Positions 11,701-25,099 of a stretch of DNA of 64,000 bases are shown piece after piece. The stretch covers positions 64,914,001 through 64,978,000 of the forward strand of contig OZ024741.1 in assembly GCA_964016885.1 (NCBI GenBank), in the 5' to 3' direction. The notes under the pieces were generated by a model. It did not search any database and was not told the origin of the DNA. It saw nothing but the letters and a program-made list of their open reading frames with translations. Both the position numbers and the translations under genes were made by a program. The first letter of the stretch is position 1; each line of letters begins with the position of its first letter. This DNA is from Eledone cirrhosa (lineage: Eukaryota).

Positions 11701-14134
11701 AGCAGTTTCATGTGTGTTTAGGATTAATTTCTAAAATTCAAAAACTTGACAAACTTATTGAATGAATGCAATGGTGTACATCTGTGGTTCCCAACTTGTA
11801 ATCCATGAACTTATGAGTGAATGCAAGGTGGTACAGGGAGTCCATAAGCTGGTTTGATATAGATAATGCCTTGGGATTTGGGAAAAATTTTATTTTTGGT
11901 AATGAAAAGGTTAAGAAAACTAGCCTTTATTAGGTATATGATATATTTTGTCATTTCAACTAAACAACATACTTAACTCCTTCCTAACCATATTTCTAAC
12001 AAAAGACACTTTATTTTGAAATAATCAAGAATCTGGCTGGAGGGATTTAATAGTATAACGACTTTTCTCATTATTAAGCTGGTATTTGAAACATAGCTCA
12101 ACAAAGGTTCTTATATAAAATTACAATGAAGGATTTTGGGATAAATATCAGTGTTTTAAAACAAATAATTTTGTATTGTAGAGTCAGGTGTAGTTTCAGC
12201 CAATTTGCTATCAAAAAGGTTAATCATCATCATCCTTATTTTATGCTGGTATGGGTTGGATGGGCTGTCACAATCTGAGACCTGATTGGTCAGAGCGACC
12301 TCATCTTGCACAAATGTGCCATATTTGGCAGGGTTTCTCTGGCTAGATACTCCTTTTAATGACAACCGCCTTACAAAATATACTGGGTACATTCTATTAG
12401 AGCACCAGCACTACCATTTTACAGGGTGGACAAGGGGCATTTTATTGTGGCACTAGCAATACCATTTTACAGGGTAGAATAGACACGTTTTGTTAAGCCA
12501 CCAATACTAAGGAGTTTGACATATGCTAATCTAAACTGAAGAGTCATCTTAGAATATATATTGTCTCTGGTCATCAAATACTGTAGCCTCTGGTCTCTCA
12601 CCAGCCTCTGATTAAGTTGACAAAAAAGTTATAAAGAAACTCTTCTCAATGGGATTTCATCTCTTCTTGTTCCTATTTGAACTATTGTGACTCCATTAAG
12701 AAATTGTGCCATTGCAATTCATCATGAAAATTGTTTGATTGTGGTTAGTGCTGTTTAGCCCTAAGCCAGCTTAATTCAGAAGACATTTTATTGATCACCA
12801 CCCCATTGCTATTTTTAAGATAGTAAGGTGTAAATTGAGGAAGACTTGGCTGCTAATTCTAGCAGGTTGAGTGACTATGTGGAAGCCCCCATGTTGTTGT
12901 TTAGTACCAGCTATAACTATCCAGGCTTTCATTTCAAATAATATATATCTAACACTACATTATCTAGTTGAAGAGGGGGGGGGGTTAAGGATGATTAATG
13001 TGCCAAGTAAATTGCAAAAGACACTAATTTACTTTATAAGGAATGTGAGGATTGAATATAAATTGTTTAGAAAACAAACTCCTCTTACCTCCCTTGCAAA
13101 GTGGGTAGTGAGGAAAGACAGAATGAGGACACCTCATTGTTAGGGAGGGGGAAGTGCAGGAGTCCTAACACATTTATACATACATGTTCATACATACTTA
13201 CATTTTTACACAATAAATACACCCATTATACTCTGTAAAGTGGTTGGGGATAGGAAGAGCATCCAACTGTAGAAAACCTGTCAAATAAAGGGTTAAGAGG
13301 ATTCTTCAGCTGTGTTGAAGACATGACAATCTCCCTAGTGCTAGTGCCATGATAAAATACACATGGTAGAGTATGGGAAGGTTTTGTAAGCAAGGTGCTG
13401 GCTTTTAGCTCACCCAAGCACTCAGAATGTGGGAACAGAAGTATGCAAAATGCAAGGCCCTGGCCCATCTGAGAGGTCAGTAACTCATCTTGACTACCGA
13501 CACGGTCTGTGATGACCTGTCTAACTTTTGCTAGCAGATGTTAAATCATGATGATGATTATAATGAGAGAGAGGAGAGGGAAATGTGGGTATGGATAAAA
13601 TATCAGTATATATGCATTCACAATTTTAGAGTTAGAGTATAATTAGCAGAAGTATATATAGGCCAGGCATGGATTTTATCACAAAATGTCAGTAACCAGT
13701 TTTAATTTGTCATGAAAACAAACGATAAATGATCAGACAGGATAATCTTTCTAAATCTATGATAATTCATGTACTACTTTCTCTGCATGTGTCAGTGTCT
13801 CAGTCAATTTGTATTAGTTTGTGTACATCTGTGTGTGAGTTAGTTTGCATGTGTATACGAGAGAGACAGAGAGAGAGTTCCTTGTATTTGCAAATTTAAA
13901 CATGCATATATATTTGCCTCTAGGCCATTGGGCTCAGCAGACAGAAAAAAGATGAAACAACATTCCGTGAAAATATTCCTATCCTTCCAAGAAGAGCATA
14001 CATTGAAATGCCTTATCAAGAATATGGATGATGTAGTAAGAAGAATAAGATAAAAAGACTTTTTTGTTTAATTAATAATATTCAAATTGGTATTTCCAGT
14101 TTGCTGTTACTGCCATATTTAGTCAGTTTATATA

Positions 14135-14250
14135 GTTAAGGCTGATTCGTTAGAGAACTGGATTCGCAATCGTGAGGTTGTCAATTTGATTCCTGGACCG
14201 GGCGATGCGTTATGTCCTTGAGCAAGACACTTTATTTCACGTTGCTCTTT
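14135..14250 (+). mobile_element. tRNA-derived SINE 5' part (CORE/V-type)
   Basis: tRNA-like head followed by GTCCTTGAGCAAGACACTTTATTTCACGTTGCTC, as at ~36600 and ~56150. Confidence 0.65.
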
Positions 14251-14569
14251 CTACCTGGAGTTGCGACCAATAGATAGTATTAGCAATTAGAAAGACCAAC
14301 GGAAACATTGTTTTCTCAGCCCGATTTGATGAAAGTCGATCGACAATTTTTTTATTTTTTTATTTATTTTATATAGTTATTCATTACATGCTTTTCTATC
14401 AGCTGTGTGTAGGAGATGTACATAGCTTCTGAAGGTGATTCCAATAAGAACTGACTTTCAAGTCAAGCTGTTCATCTTTTTTAATGTATGGAGAAATGTG
14501 TAAATTCAACATGTTTACATACACATTCTTGTCACTTCAGTCAAATTCTGTACATGCACACACATACAT

Positions 14570-15070
14570 AGGATGGAAGAAGATTAGGGAACTACTACTT
14601 CTGTTGACAACAAAAGGTTTCTCCCTACGAACAAAAGGTCAGCTGTCTGATGTTTGCATGCAAAGTGTGGTGTTGCATAAGAGTGAGACTTGGACAGTGA
14701 ATGCAGAGGATATGCAAAGACTGGAGAGAAATGTGCATGTTCTAATGGATATGTGATGTTAATGTGCATGAACAACAAAGCATAGTTGAGCTGAAAGCGA
14801 AACTGTGTATAAGAGAAATCAAATGTAGTGTGCAAAAGAGAAGACTGTGCTGGTATGGACATGTGATGTGAATGGATAATGAGCATTGAAGAAGTGCCAG
14901 GAGCTCTCAGTGGAAGGAAGCTACAGTAGAGGTAGAGCTGGGCAGAGGTGGTAAAAGTGGACCTCACAGAGGAAATTATTAAGGAACGCAACAAGTAAAG
15001 GTAGGTTCTGCTGGAAAGACCTGTCCAAACCATACAAACATGGAAAAATGAATGTAAAAAGGATGATGAT
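14570..15070 (+). mobile_element. Degenerate RTE LINE 3' fragment
   Basis: GWKKIRELL.LLTTKGFSL..KG...VLHKSETWTVNAEDMQRLERN and RTE tail CCTGTCCAAACC...GATGAT. Confidence 0.8.
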
Positions 15071-15306
15071 ATATATGCACACACATGTACATACATACAT
15101 TCACTAAACATACAAGTCAACGAAGGAGTTATAAACAAAGAAGGACACAGTGGATAATGTAGTCTTACACACACTTATACAAGTAGACCTAAATAGATCC
15201 ATAGCCCCATTACATTAGCCAGCTAGCCAACCAGCCAATCTACATAAACAGTTACTTTGGATCCATTCTATTTAGTCAGTTAAATGTCAGAGGTTCTAAT
15301 GGTAAT

Positions 15307-15340
<34 letters not shown>

Positions 15341-16044
15341 GCAGCAGTCAACAAACAATCTAATGCCAGTTGAGTTAAACAAACAAAAGACCATTACCAT
15401 CCTTTTACTCTCTATAGCTATATGGCAGAGATCTTTAATACTTTTGTTCGCTTTTGATTGTTTTTTCTTTCTTTCTGTGTCATATTCTTGGCACTGAGGT
15501 CAATTTAGTCATTAGAACAACTTATAGAATATGAGCCAATGAATGAGTTTCTCTGTAGTTGCCTAGCTGGCTAAAAATAGCAAGCAAATATCCCTCAAAC
15601 TTCCCCTCTCCCCTTACACACACACACTGACAACATGGCAGCTGATTATGTTGTATCATCTGCTCCAAGACAGTTGTTAGGTAGTTGTCTATAAGCAGTG
15701 TTCTGAATAGCTGGTGTCGCTATATGGCCGAAGTGTGCATCATTCTGGGATCCCTGCTGCTGGTGTGAGCTTTGGCTTCAGGTTAATCAGAGGCATTCAT
15801 ACAGGAGTTTTTTTTGGTATACCAGTTTGAGGGAGAGGGCTGTATGTCTGCTCTGCACATGCACAAGATGAGGTGAACTAAGGTGGTCCTTGTTGGATGT
15901 CCTAGGCCAGAGGCTTGAAATTGACTAAGATTGTGTTTCTTCAGTGACTGCAACATGTTATATATATATATAATTGTATATGGATCGTAGTAAACAAGGT
16001 GTAGGGTCCTGGCCCATCATTAAAACTTCGATTAATATAATAAT

Positions 16045-16234
16045 AATAATTGTTTCTACTTTTGGCACACGGCCAGCAATTACCCAGTGCATTACTGGTA
16101 CTTTATTTTATCGACCCCGTAAGGATGAAAGGCAAAGTTAACCTCGGCGGGATTTGATCACAGAATGGCAAGGGCCGTAACTCTATGCGTCAAAGCATGG
16201 CGTCCGACCTTCTACCGACACTGCCAATCCACCA
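16045..16234 (-). mobile_element. tRNA-derived SINE
   Basis: Full reverse-complement copy of the dominant family with (ATT)n tail. Confidence 0.9.
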
Positions 16235-16235
16235 A

Positions 16236-16463
16236 TAATGAAATTATTGTGTACAGTGCGCAGGTGCACTACAACTCATCAAAGGTGCATGTATAGTACA
16301 TAGAATAATGTTCAAATGTCAGGAAAGTGAACAGTGTATGAGTCATGATATAGTACATGTGTGCGTGTGTATGGAGGGGGATATCAGGTGTAGTGTTGGT
16401 GAATTTCAGCAAGGATGGAAGTTTTGAAGGATACAGTGTCTCGACAGCTAACAACTGATGCAG
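16236..16463 (-). mobile_element. CR1-like LINE 3' end fragment
   Basis: Reverse complement of the CR1 3' UTR (GAGTTGTAGTGCACCTG.GCACTGTACACAATAATTTCATT). Confidence 0.85.
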
Positions 16464-16542
16464 TATCAACTTAGTCAATAACACCTGTCCAAGCCAAACC
16501 AACATGGAAAAACAAATGTTAAATGCTAATTATATATATATA

Positions 16543-19500
16543 TCATCATCATCATCGTTTAACGTCCATATTCCACGCTTGCATCTGTTTGGACGGGAGT
16601 TTTCCCACTTGAGGCAAGAGTGGTTGTCTTGCTCGCATAGGACTGTCTGGCGGGTTTTCTACGGCTGGATGCCCTTCCTAACACCAACCACATTTACAGT
16701 GTGGAACTGGGAGGTTTTTACCGTGTTACCTACACGGCCACATTTACAGCGTAGACTGTGTGTTTTTTTTGTCATGACACCTACACGACCTCATTTGTTT
16801 CGGCCTGGATGTTGTGGTACCAACATAACTTTACATTGAAAGGGGTGGTGTGGATGGGGTAGGGGTAGTGGGACGGGGGTGTATTTTGTTAGAGGTGCCT
16901 ACTGACTGTAGTAGGTTTTACTTTGTATTTAGGTAAGGCGGGTCTTCTTTATTACTGTGTAGCGCCAAAGATCTCGGTCCAGTGACATTGTCTTGGAGAG
17001 GTGTAAGTGTGTGAGGTCGGAATTTATCAAGTCGTCCCAGGTTTTTCTGGGTCTGCCTACTCCGTGGCTACCGTCTATTTTTATTGCCCTGCACTTTTTT
17101 ATACAGCTGTCGTCTTTCATGCGCATCACGTGACCATACCAACGTAGCCTTCTCTCGAGTAAACAACATCTGATCCCTCTTATTTCTCATTTTTCCCTTA
17201 GTTCGTTAATGCTTTGCCGTTCACGTATATTACTATTACACATCCAGTGGAGCATGCAAGCTTCATTCCTCTCTAGTCTGCGTATATCCTCTGCACACAA
17301 TGCCCAGGTCTCACTGCCATGCAACATTGCTGTTCGTATGCAGGCATCATACAGCTTGCCTTTCATTTTTAGGGAGAATCCTTTAGCGGCTAATAGTGGT
17401 ATAAGCTCTCTGAACTTTTTCCATCCAGTTCTGACTCTAGCTACTGTACTTTCAGAGCACCTTCCCCCACTGCTGATTTTGTCACCCAGGTAACGGAAGG
17501 TGTCCACTATTTCTATAGAACCATCTGTGCAATGGAAAGAGCTAGTATTCTGTGGGCACTTGCTGCTACTTATTGCACCAGAGCACCGGCCACATGTAAA
17601 ATCTATGTTCTTAGTAAGCTTACCTGTGATCCCACTACATCTTTTATGCACCCATACTTTGCATTTGGGACATAAAATGGAGTTTCTACCTACTCCTTTC
17701 CTACACACTGAGCATGGCCATTTCCCGGATGGGACCGGCGCCCTATTTTCCTTCCTACAAACTAGAACTTTAGTCTTAGACAGGTTAATTTTAAGGCCTT
17801 TTGATTCTAGGCCATGCTTCCATGTTTGGAATTTCTTCTCTAGTTCGGCCATTGATTCAGCTATGAGCGTTAGATCATCTGCGTATAGGAGTTCCCATGG
17901 GCAGCCGGTCTTGAACTCCACTGTTATAGCCTGAAGGGCAATAATAAATAGTAGGGGGCTAAGAACGGAGCTCTGATGAACACCAACTCTTCACTATATT
18001 CGTTGTTAATTCTAACCTTGCTGACTGTTTCTTTATACATGGCTTGTATAGCTCTCACAAGCCATTCATCAACACCTAGTTTTCTAAGAGCCCACCAGAT
18101 AATGGAGCAGGGGACTCTGTCGAAGGCTTTCTCCAAGTCGACAAAAGCTAAGTAAAGGGGTTTACTTTTAGCTAGGTACTTCTCCTGTAGTTGTCGTACA
18201 ATGAAAAGAGCGTCTGTGGTACTTTTTCCTGACACAAACCCGAACTGCATTTCATCTAGATCAATTCTCTCTCTTATTAGTTGCGCTATTACTTTTTCCG
18301 TGACCTTCATGACCTGGTCGATTAATTTAATGCCTCTATAGTTACTCCTATCTAGGGCATCTCCTTTACCCTTGTAGCAGTTAATGATGATGCTGCTACG
18401 CCAGTCCTTCGGAACAACCCCATTCTGTATGACTTGGTTTACTATCCGGGTGACCATAGTGTGTCCCACCGTTCCAGAGACTTTCAGCATTTCAGCAACT
18501 ATTTCCGAAGGCCCAGCCGCCTTACCCGTCTTCATATCTTTGATTGCCTTACTTATTATACTACCTTCGACTAACACTGCTGGTCCCTCTATTGGGTCGA
18601 TGTGGAGGAGACTGTCTTTCTCCCATTTATTCTCCTCATTTAGTTACCTTTCGTAGTGACACTTCCAAGCTACCTTCTTATCAGAGTCAGTGATGGCAAG
18701 TACACCATCATCATTAAGTACACACTTCTCCCCGACAATATCACGGTTTTCCTTGACACATTGCCTAGCAATCCTGAACACCTCACGTTTTTGGTCCTCG
18801 CGTTGTAGAACATGCTTGAACTTTCTTTCCTCTGCTTCCCTTCTTGCGAAGTACACTTGTCTCCTAGCTTCCCTCCTGGCCACTTGATAGTCTTCTCTAC
18901 TTCCCCCATCCCGCCATACTTTCCAAGCCTGCTTTTTGGCCTTAATTGACTCCTCCACCTTACTGTTCCACCACCATGTTACTCTCCTCCTGCCTATAGG
19001 CCTGCTCCAGCCACAGACTTCGTCTGCCGCCATCAGCAGGTTTGCTTTCAGGAATTCCCACTGTTCCTCTATATTGTACGACTCTAAATGCTCTTCCTTA
19101 CTGTCGAAAGCATCAAGTAATATGCTTTTAAATTTATTTCTGGCTGTGGGGTCCTTTAGCTTCCATATTTTTCTCCTGAGGATAGTCCTCTTCTGCTGTT
19201 GAGTACGTCTCGTCCTGACTATGAGGTCGCTAATTATCAGTCTATGTTGGGAGGTGCATTCTTCATGGGGGAGGGATTTAGTGTTTACAACAGACACTCT
19301 GTCACGTCTTCTGGTAAGGATATAATCTACCTGGCTGGTATGTTCCCCTGATCTGTAGGTGATCAAGTGATTGTCTCGTTTTTTGAAGTTAGTGTTACAG
19401 ATAGTTAGGTTATTTGCGTCACAGAATTCCAGGATTCTGGAGCCTTCCTCATTTCTAGTACCAAACCCATAGCCTCCGTGGATTCCATCATAGCCGTCAC

Positions 19501-20277
19501 AATGTTGTCCAACATGACCATTTAGGTCGCCAGCAATAATTATATAGTCACTGTCAGTTATTTGGGAGGTAGTGAGCATCAGTGTCTCATAGAAACTGTC
19601 TTTTATAGCGCCAGGCAGTCCGGATTGGGGCACGTACGCAGATATTACCGTCACAGTAGTTCTATTTAGAACAAGTCTTATTTTAATTATTCTGTCATTC
19701 ACTCTATTTATGTCTATTATCTTATCCACCCATTTTTCTCCTAACATGATTCCTACCCCACCCAGCCCATTGTCATTTCCCACCCAGAAAAGCTTATAGC
19801 ATCGTTTTTTACCAGCAATGAATCTAGCAGACCCGCCCCTCCACCTGGTCTCTTGGATACAGCAAACATCAACCTCCTTACGTTCAAACATTTCTACAAC
19901 CTCGTTAGAGCGGCCTTTTAAGGTGCCTACATTCATGGTACCAACTCTGAAGTTTTGGATTGCGTTTGGTGGGTGGGGCGCAGGGAGGGGTGAGGTGGAT
20001 GGGGTTGGGGTTATGTTGGCCATCCGCGGCCGCAACAAAGAGGAGGGGGCCTTGCCCTTTCGTCCGGCAGCATGAGGTGAATTTGTCGTTATCTTTGGCA
20101 TTGTCTTCAGGTGTCCAGATTCTTCAGACTCTCCAGAAATTCCTTAGTCCATCCATCATATCGAAAAGCAACCAGAAGTGATAGCATAGGCCGTTGACTT
20201 GTGATTGGTCCAAATAATAAAGGTGGAGAGTGGGGGTGGGAGGGAGGGGTATGGGGGTAGTTAGCGAGGAGCAGGCT
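16543..20277 (-). mobile_element. Near full-length RTE-clade LINE
   Basis: 5' UTR, single long APE-RT coding region, 3' UTR and (GAT)n tail; sits in a (TA)n tract. Confidence 0.95.
16929..20101 (-). pseudogene. RTE ORF: AP endonuclease + reverse transcriptase with inserted PHD-like zinc finger; disrupted
   Basis: APE motifs (GTMNVGTL, CIQETRW, AGDLNGH, QVDYIL, SQHRL) and RT motifs (NYRGIKL, QFGF, FVDLEKAFDRV, LLYADDL, FRYLG). In-frame stops at ~18644 and ~17187 and a 13-bp deletion near 17990 relative to the copy at ~26840. Confidence 0.95.
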
Positions 20278-20293
20278 TATTTATATTTGGTGC

Positions 20294-20353
<60 letters not shown>

Positions 20354-20389
20354 CCACATATATATGTATATGTACATGTATGTGTGTAT

Positions 20390-20596
20390 AGTAAGTCCAG
20401 AAAATCCCAGGGATAAGAAGCTGCTGTAGAGATAGATCAAGACAGACCTGGGCAGAGATGGTGAGAGCTGATCTCAAATTGCTGGGACTCACAGAGGAAA
20501 TGAAGGAATGCAGCAAATGGAGAGATGTTGAGCTGAAAAAAAACCTGTCCAACCCATGCAAGTGTGGAAAAGCAGGCATAAAAGCCACGATGATGA
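20390..20596 (+). mobile_element. RTE LINE 3' tip
   Basis: GRSRQTWAEMVRADLKLLGLTEEM..W and CCAACCCATGCAAG...GATGAT tail. Confidence 0.7.
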
Positions 20597-20633
20597 TATA
20601 CATATATATGGTAGCTAAGATGCGTCTAAGAAT

Positions 20634-21457
20634 CAGTGATGCACCGGAACTCAATTTATTACGTGTTACAATTGTTTCCCCGGCAAACAGCTCGAAGTTC
20701 GATCTATGTGTGGATCTAACCTGACTCTGGATTCCCAGGTTCCTCAGATACGTCAAGTGGTTTGGGATCAAATCCTCTTTGTCTCGGGTTCCGAGTGTTT
20801 AGATATATGTATATATGTATTTGTGTGTATGAGTATATATATATATGTGTGTGCGTGTATATGTATGCGTGTGTATGTGTGTATACAAGCGTGTGTGTGC
20901 GTGTATATATGCCCATGTGTGTGCCTCTCTGTGCGTGCATGTATGTGTATATTTGTGTGACTGTGTATGTGTGTGTGTGTATATATGCCCATGTGTGTGC
21001 CTCTGTGCGTGCATGTATGTGTATATTTGTGTGACTGTGTATGTGTGTGTGTATATATGGTTCTGTAGGCACATGTGTGAACATATGCACGCAAGTTATT
21101 CTGTATGTGTCCGTCTGTGTCTTTGCATGTACGTGTGGGAGTGAGTTTAGGTACACACAGCAGTAATTTTGCTGATGGGACTCGGGGTGAGTGACAGCTC
21201 ACGCCCTGATGGTCAGTGGGCTGCTTCCAGTGGTCAGAACTATGATGACGTCACTAACCAGTGACCAATCTAAGGACACACAAACAGGATGAAGGCAAAT
21301 GATATAGACTCGTAACGTCGGAACCCGAGACAAAGTGGATTTGATCCAAAACCTGGGAATCCAGAGTCAGGTTAGATCCACACATAGATCGAACTTCGAG
21401 CTGTTTGCCGGGGAAACAATTGTAACACGTAATAAATTGAGTTCCGGTGCATCACTG
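20634..21457. mobile_element. Fold-back / long-TIR non-autonomous DNA element
   Basis: 20634-20794 and 21318-21457 are near-identical inverted arms beginning CAGTGATGCACCGG; interior holds a TG-rich ~70-bp tandem repeat and a short unique segment. Confidence 0.85.
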
Positions 21458-21848
21458 ATTCTTCGTTTTCCATTTTATATATATGTATATATATATACTC
21501 ATTAAACAACAACAAAAGACCGGACTGGGAAGTTTGATTTAGAACTTTAATTCCATGAAATCACCAGTTCTACCCATTGGTAATCAAACTAACTTAAATG
21601 GTATATATATAGTGCATTGTTGCATAATAAATGCAGAAAGTAGATGCTGTACACTCTCCTGCTGCATTAAGTGTGGCCGGAACTCGAGTACGGGTATAAA
21701 TTTATGGTACCCATTTACGTGTGTTGTATTGAGGCAAATAAGATTGCGACTACTCTGGGATTTTTACATAATCTTACCTATTGAGTACGCTGAGATGCAA
21801 CCGGTACTAGCAGGAAAACCTTATGCTAGTCCCATCAACTTATTATTA

Positions 21849-21888
<40 letters not shown>

Positions 21889-22863
21889 GTGTGTGAGAGG
21901 GTGGGCATCTTTCACCTAAAATATAGTTAATAGATAAATGTTAATTCATTAATGAAGAAACAAAGAAGGAAATTAAATTATCTATTTAATTCAATATACC
22001 AATATTGTAAGACTAAAGAATTCTCAGTATAAGCTCTTTAGCTGTTATATCATCCTTAATTGAACACAATCCTGAACACTGATGAAACTCCCTCTTCAGA
22101 ATATTATTACAATTATTTATTTATTTATTTGCATTCCAGCCATGGCGCTGAGGCCATGCTGGGGCATCACCACTGATGCCACACTTTCTACAGCCAGCCT
22201 TCCCTTTGAGTGCCAGTGTTGTTTTTGGTATTTTATTGCCACAGGTTAAGATTACACTTTAATTTTGGCATAAAAAAAAAAAAGAAAGCAAAAAGTGAAA
22301 TACCAAAAAATTATTTTGATCAAACTTTATTTGTTTTATGTGGGCCTGTTTGAAAAAAAAAAAAAAAAAAAAAAAGGAAATGTACCAGTATATTTTTGGT
22401 TCAAAAGGGGTGGGAGGTAAAAGATACACTCGTAAGTTTTTAACATCCAAAGATTTAACCTTATCTTTAGGGATGAAATTCTTTCAATATTTACATAAAC
22501 TGTATATTTTTTAAACATTTCCATTACTTTTGGTTTCAGATTGAAATCAGGGAAGTGGTGTACAAATAATAAGACATCATTTCATATCTTAAAAGATATC
22601 TAAACCATGTTTATTGAATTTAGTTAGCCATTGCCTGAGTGAAGCTACTGCTGACTGAAAGCTATCTGAGGTTATTCTGAGGTTATGTTTATAAATAGTG
22701 CAGAGAAATGTGAAATAAAAATAGGTGTAAAAAATACATTGGTAACATACCCAAATATTGACCTGGAATTCTCTTATTTATAACTATTATTGTGTGTGTC
22801 TGTGTGTGTGTTTTATGCTTTATATAAAACATGTGAATCAATACTCCCTTCTCTCTGTCAATA

Positions 22864-22904
<41 letters not shown>

Positions 22905-23609
22905 CCGTTATTAAGGCTAAATAGTGAGTCTTGTTACTCTGGAGTTTCACCTGTTTATCAGAATAACAAGACTCACTATTTACCCAGAATAAAAGGAATA
23001 TTTCTACTTCAGTATTGAGTATTCTTTTCTCTCAGCTGTCAACTACATATGGATATATATATATATATATATAAATGGTTTTCTGTAGAAGAGTGGAAGG
23101 GAGCCACAGTTAAATAAGGTGCTTAATACATTGATAGAGAAGGTACAATGTATGTAAATATTTCATACAGAAATGATTTCTACATGACTGGAAGTTTCAT
23201 TCATTTGGAATCACCAGGAAAGTCCTGATGATTTCAAACAAATGAAACTGTTCTAGTTCTGTAGAAGTCATTGCTATACTTCATATGAAGTTTATAAAAT
23301 ATGATATATGTATCCCAGTTTTTAGAATAGGTAACCAGTATTAGCAAATGGATGTAAAAATCATGATGATGTCACACACACACACATATATATATATACT
23401 CACACACATGTCTTTTCTCATAGCTTTAGATTGGCCCAATCACTGTAATTATTGGTTCTGTTATTGATCTTGGTGTGATGAAAGACAAAGTGGACTTTGA
23501 CAGGATTTGAATTCAAAATGTTGAAGGATGGAACCAAATTGCATAGAGTATCATAGATTAAAAGAACAAACAAAAACTGATTCATAATATCAGTAGCAAA
23601 ATCCTTAAC

Positions 23610-24700
23610 CAGAGGCGTATCTAGAGAAAATGGTACCTATGACGAGCACTAAAATTGCGCCCCTGTCCAAACATCTAACACAAATCTTTTTTTTATTTAT
23701 ATTCATTTTATTCAAATATACCTAGAGAGTATTGTAGTAGGATGTAGAACAAACTATTCAAAAGACTTCCTGAAATGGAAATGCGAATTGAGGAATTAAC
23801 TTGTGAGGTAAATGTGTGATAAGGATTAGATTAAGGCAAATAACCAAATCCAAGCACTCTTCATTAAATAAAAGTTTTATTTAACCATTAGTTTCTTTCT
23901 AAGTCAATAAACAATGCATTTATTGTCATTTGAAGAGTGAGTACATTGTTTTGGACACCCTGTGACGCTTTATATTAATATATATATATATATTAAAATG
24001 AGTTACAGATTAGTTTATTTGTAAGACAAATAAGTATTTATTTATTTTATGTATTTACTCATTGATAATGTCAGAAATGCAAGTCAAGCTTGTTAATTAA
24101 CAAATCATAACAAGATAAAAATTACAACTGCACCTTCTTTGTTTTTACTGATGCAAACTAGTCTATGATGTACTCAAAGTCAGTTTCCTCAGGTTCCACT
24201 CTTTCTACACTAAGCAAAGCAAGATCGCAGAGTCTGCCTTGACCCATAGAAGCTCTCAAATATGAAAGTATTAGTTTCAACTTGCTAAATGACCTCACAC
24301 AGCTGGCAATGGTAACTGCGATGGTTAGCATTATCTGAATAGCGAAGATTGGGAAAGATGCTGTTATCTCCATACTGAACAATAAATTTGAGAAGTTCTT
24401 CAGGTCATGTTATCTTCATGTTAGCACGACTTGACAACACCATTCTGCAATCTGAAATTTCTTCATATAACTGTTGTGCATCAATATCAGAGCTGTACAG
24501 TTCACTTAAACCTTCACACTTCTTCTTTAGGTCATTACTGTTAACACTGTAACACAGTCCCTCGACATCGAGAAGGAACCCAAACTTGGCATCAGTGTCA
24601 TGCAAACGAGTGAACCTTTCATCCAATTCTCTGTGAAGACTGTCTAGTGTTACCTTCATGACTCTTTCAATTTCCTCTTTGACTATTAACTCAGCATGAA
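23610..24700 (-). mobile_element. hAT (Tip100/ZMYM1-like) transposon relic, 3' half
   Basis: Transposase C-terminus with hAT dimerisation motif LTIAVTIASCVRSFSKLKLILSYLRASMGQGRL..LALLSVE; terminus CAGAGGCGTATCTAG at 23610; stops and frameshifts. Confidence 0.9.
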
Positions 24701-24879
24701 TGAAAAATGATTGTTCTTATATGTATAGTGCTGAAACTATCAGATTCAAGATGAAAACACCAAAACTGGTTTGATGAGAACTCCAGCAGCATTGGGTTCA
24801 GAGAACAACTCTAGACACACTCGAACAAACTAGTGGAAAGCTCTTCAAAGTGAAGTTCAGTCCACCCTTCATGCCTTAA

Positions 24880-25099
24880 CCCTTTAACATTCAAACCAGC
24901 TGTATCCAGTCAGAATTCTCTCACTCTTTCTGTTCAAACCGGCCATAACTGGCCACTCTTACTGATGTTAAGGTATTATTCTCAAAATAAATAACATCAA
25001 AATCTCGTAGATTCAATATTATGTGAGATAATTATGTAAGATAAAGCTTTTACCACAAAAATATAATTGTAAATATAGAGTAATGTAAATGCTAAAGGG
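24880..25099. mobile_element. piggyBac-like MITE (family A)
   Basis: TTAA|CCCTTTAACATT ... AATGCTAAAGGG|TTAA. Confidence 0.8.

Noticed and set aside
15295-15420. (CAA)n/(CAG)n run that could encode polyN or polyQ
   Set aside because: Flanked by stops in the relevant frames and lacks convincing splice sites.
19990-20277. Possible HDV-like or twister ribozyme at the RTE 5' end (CTCCTCGC, GC-rich hairpins)
   Set aside because: Could not assemble the nested pseudoknot by eye; needs a covariance-model search.
20706-21202. Many overlapping ORFs rich in H/T/Y/I or C/V/M
   Set aside because: Translations of TG/CA microsatellite; the same applies to ORFs at 5728-5989, 29153-30379 and 46350-47081.
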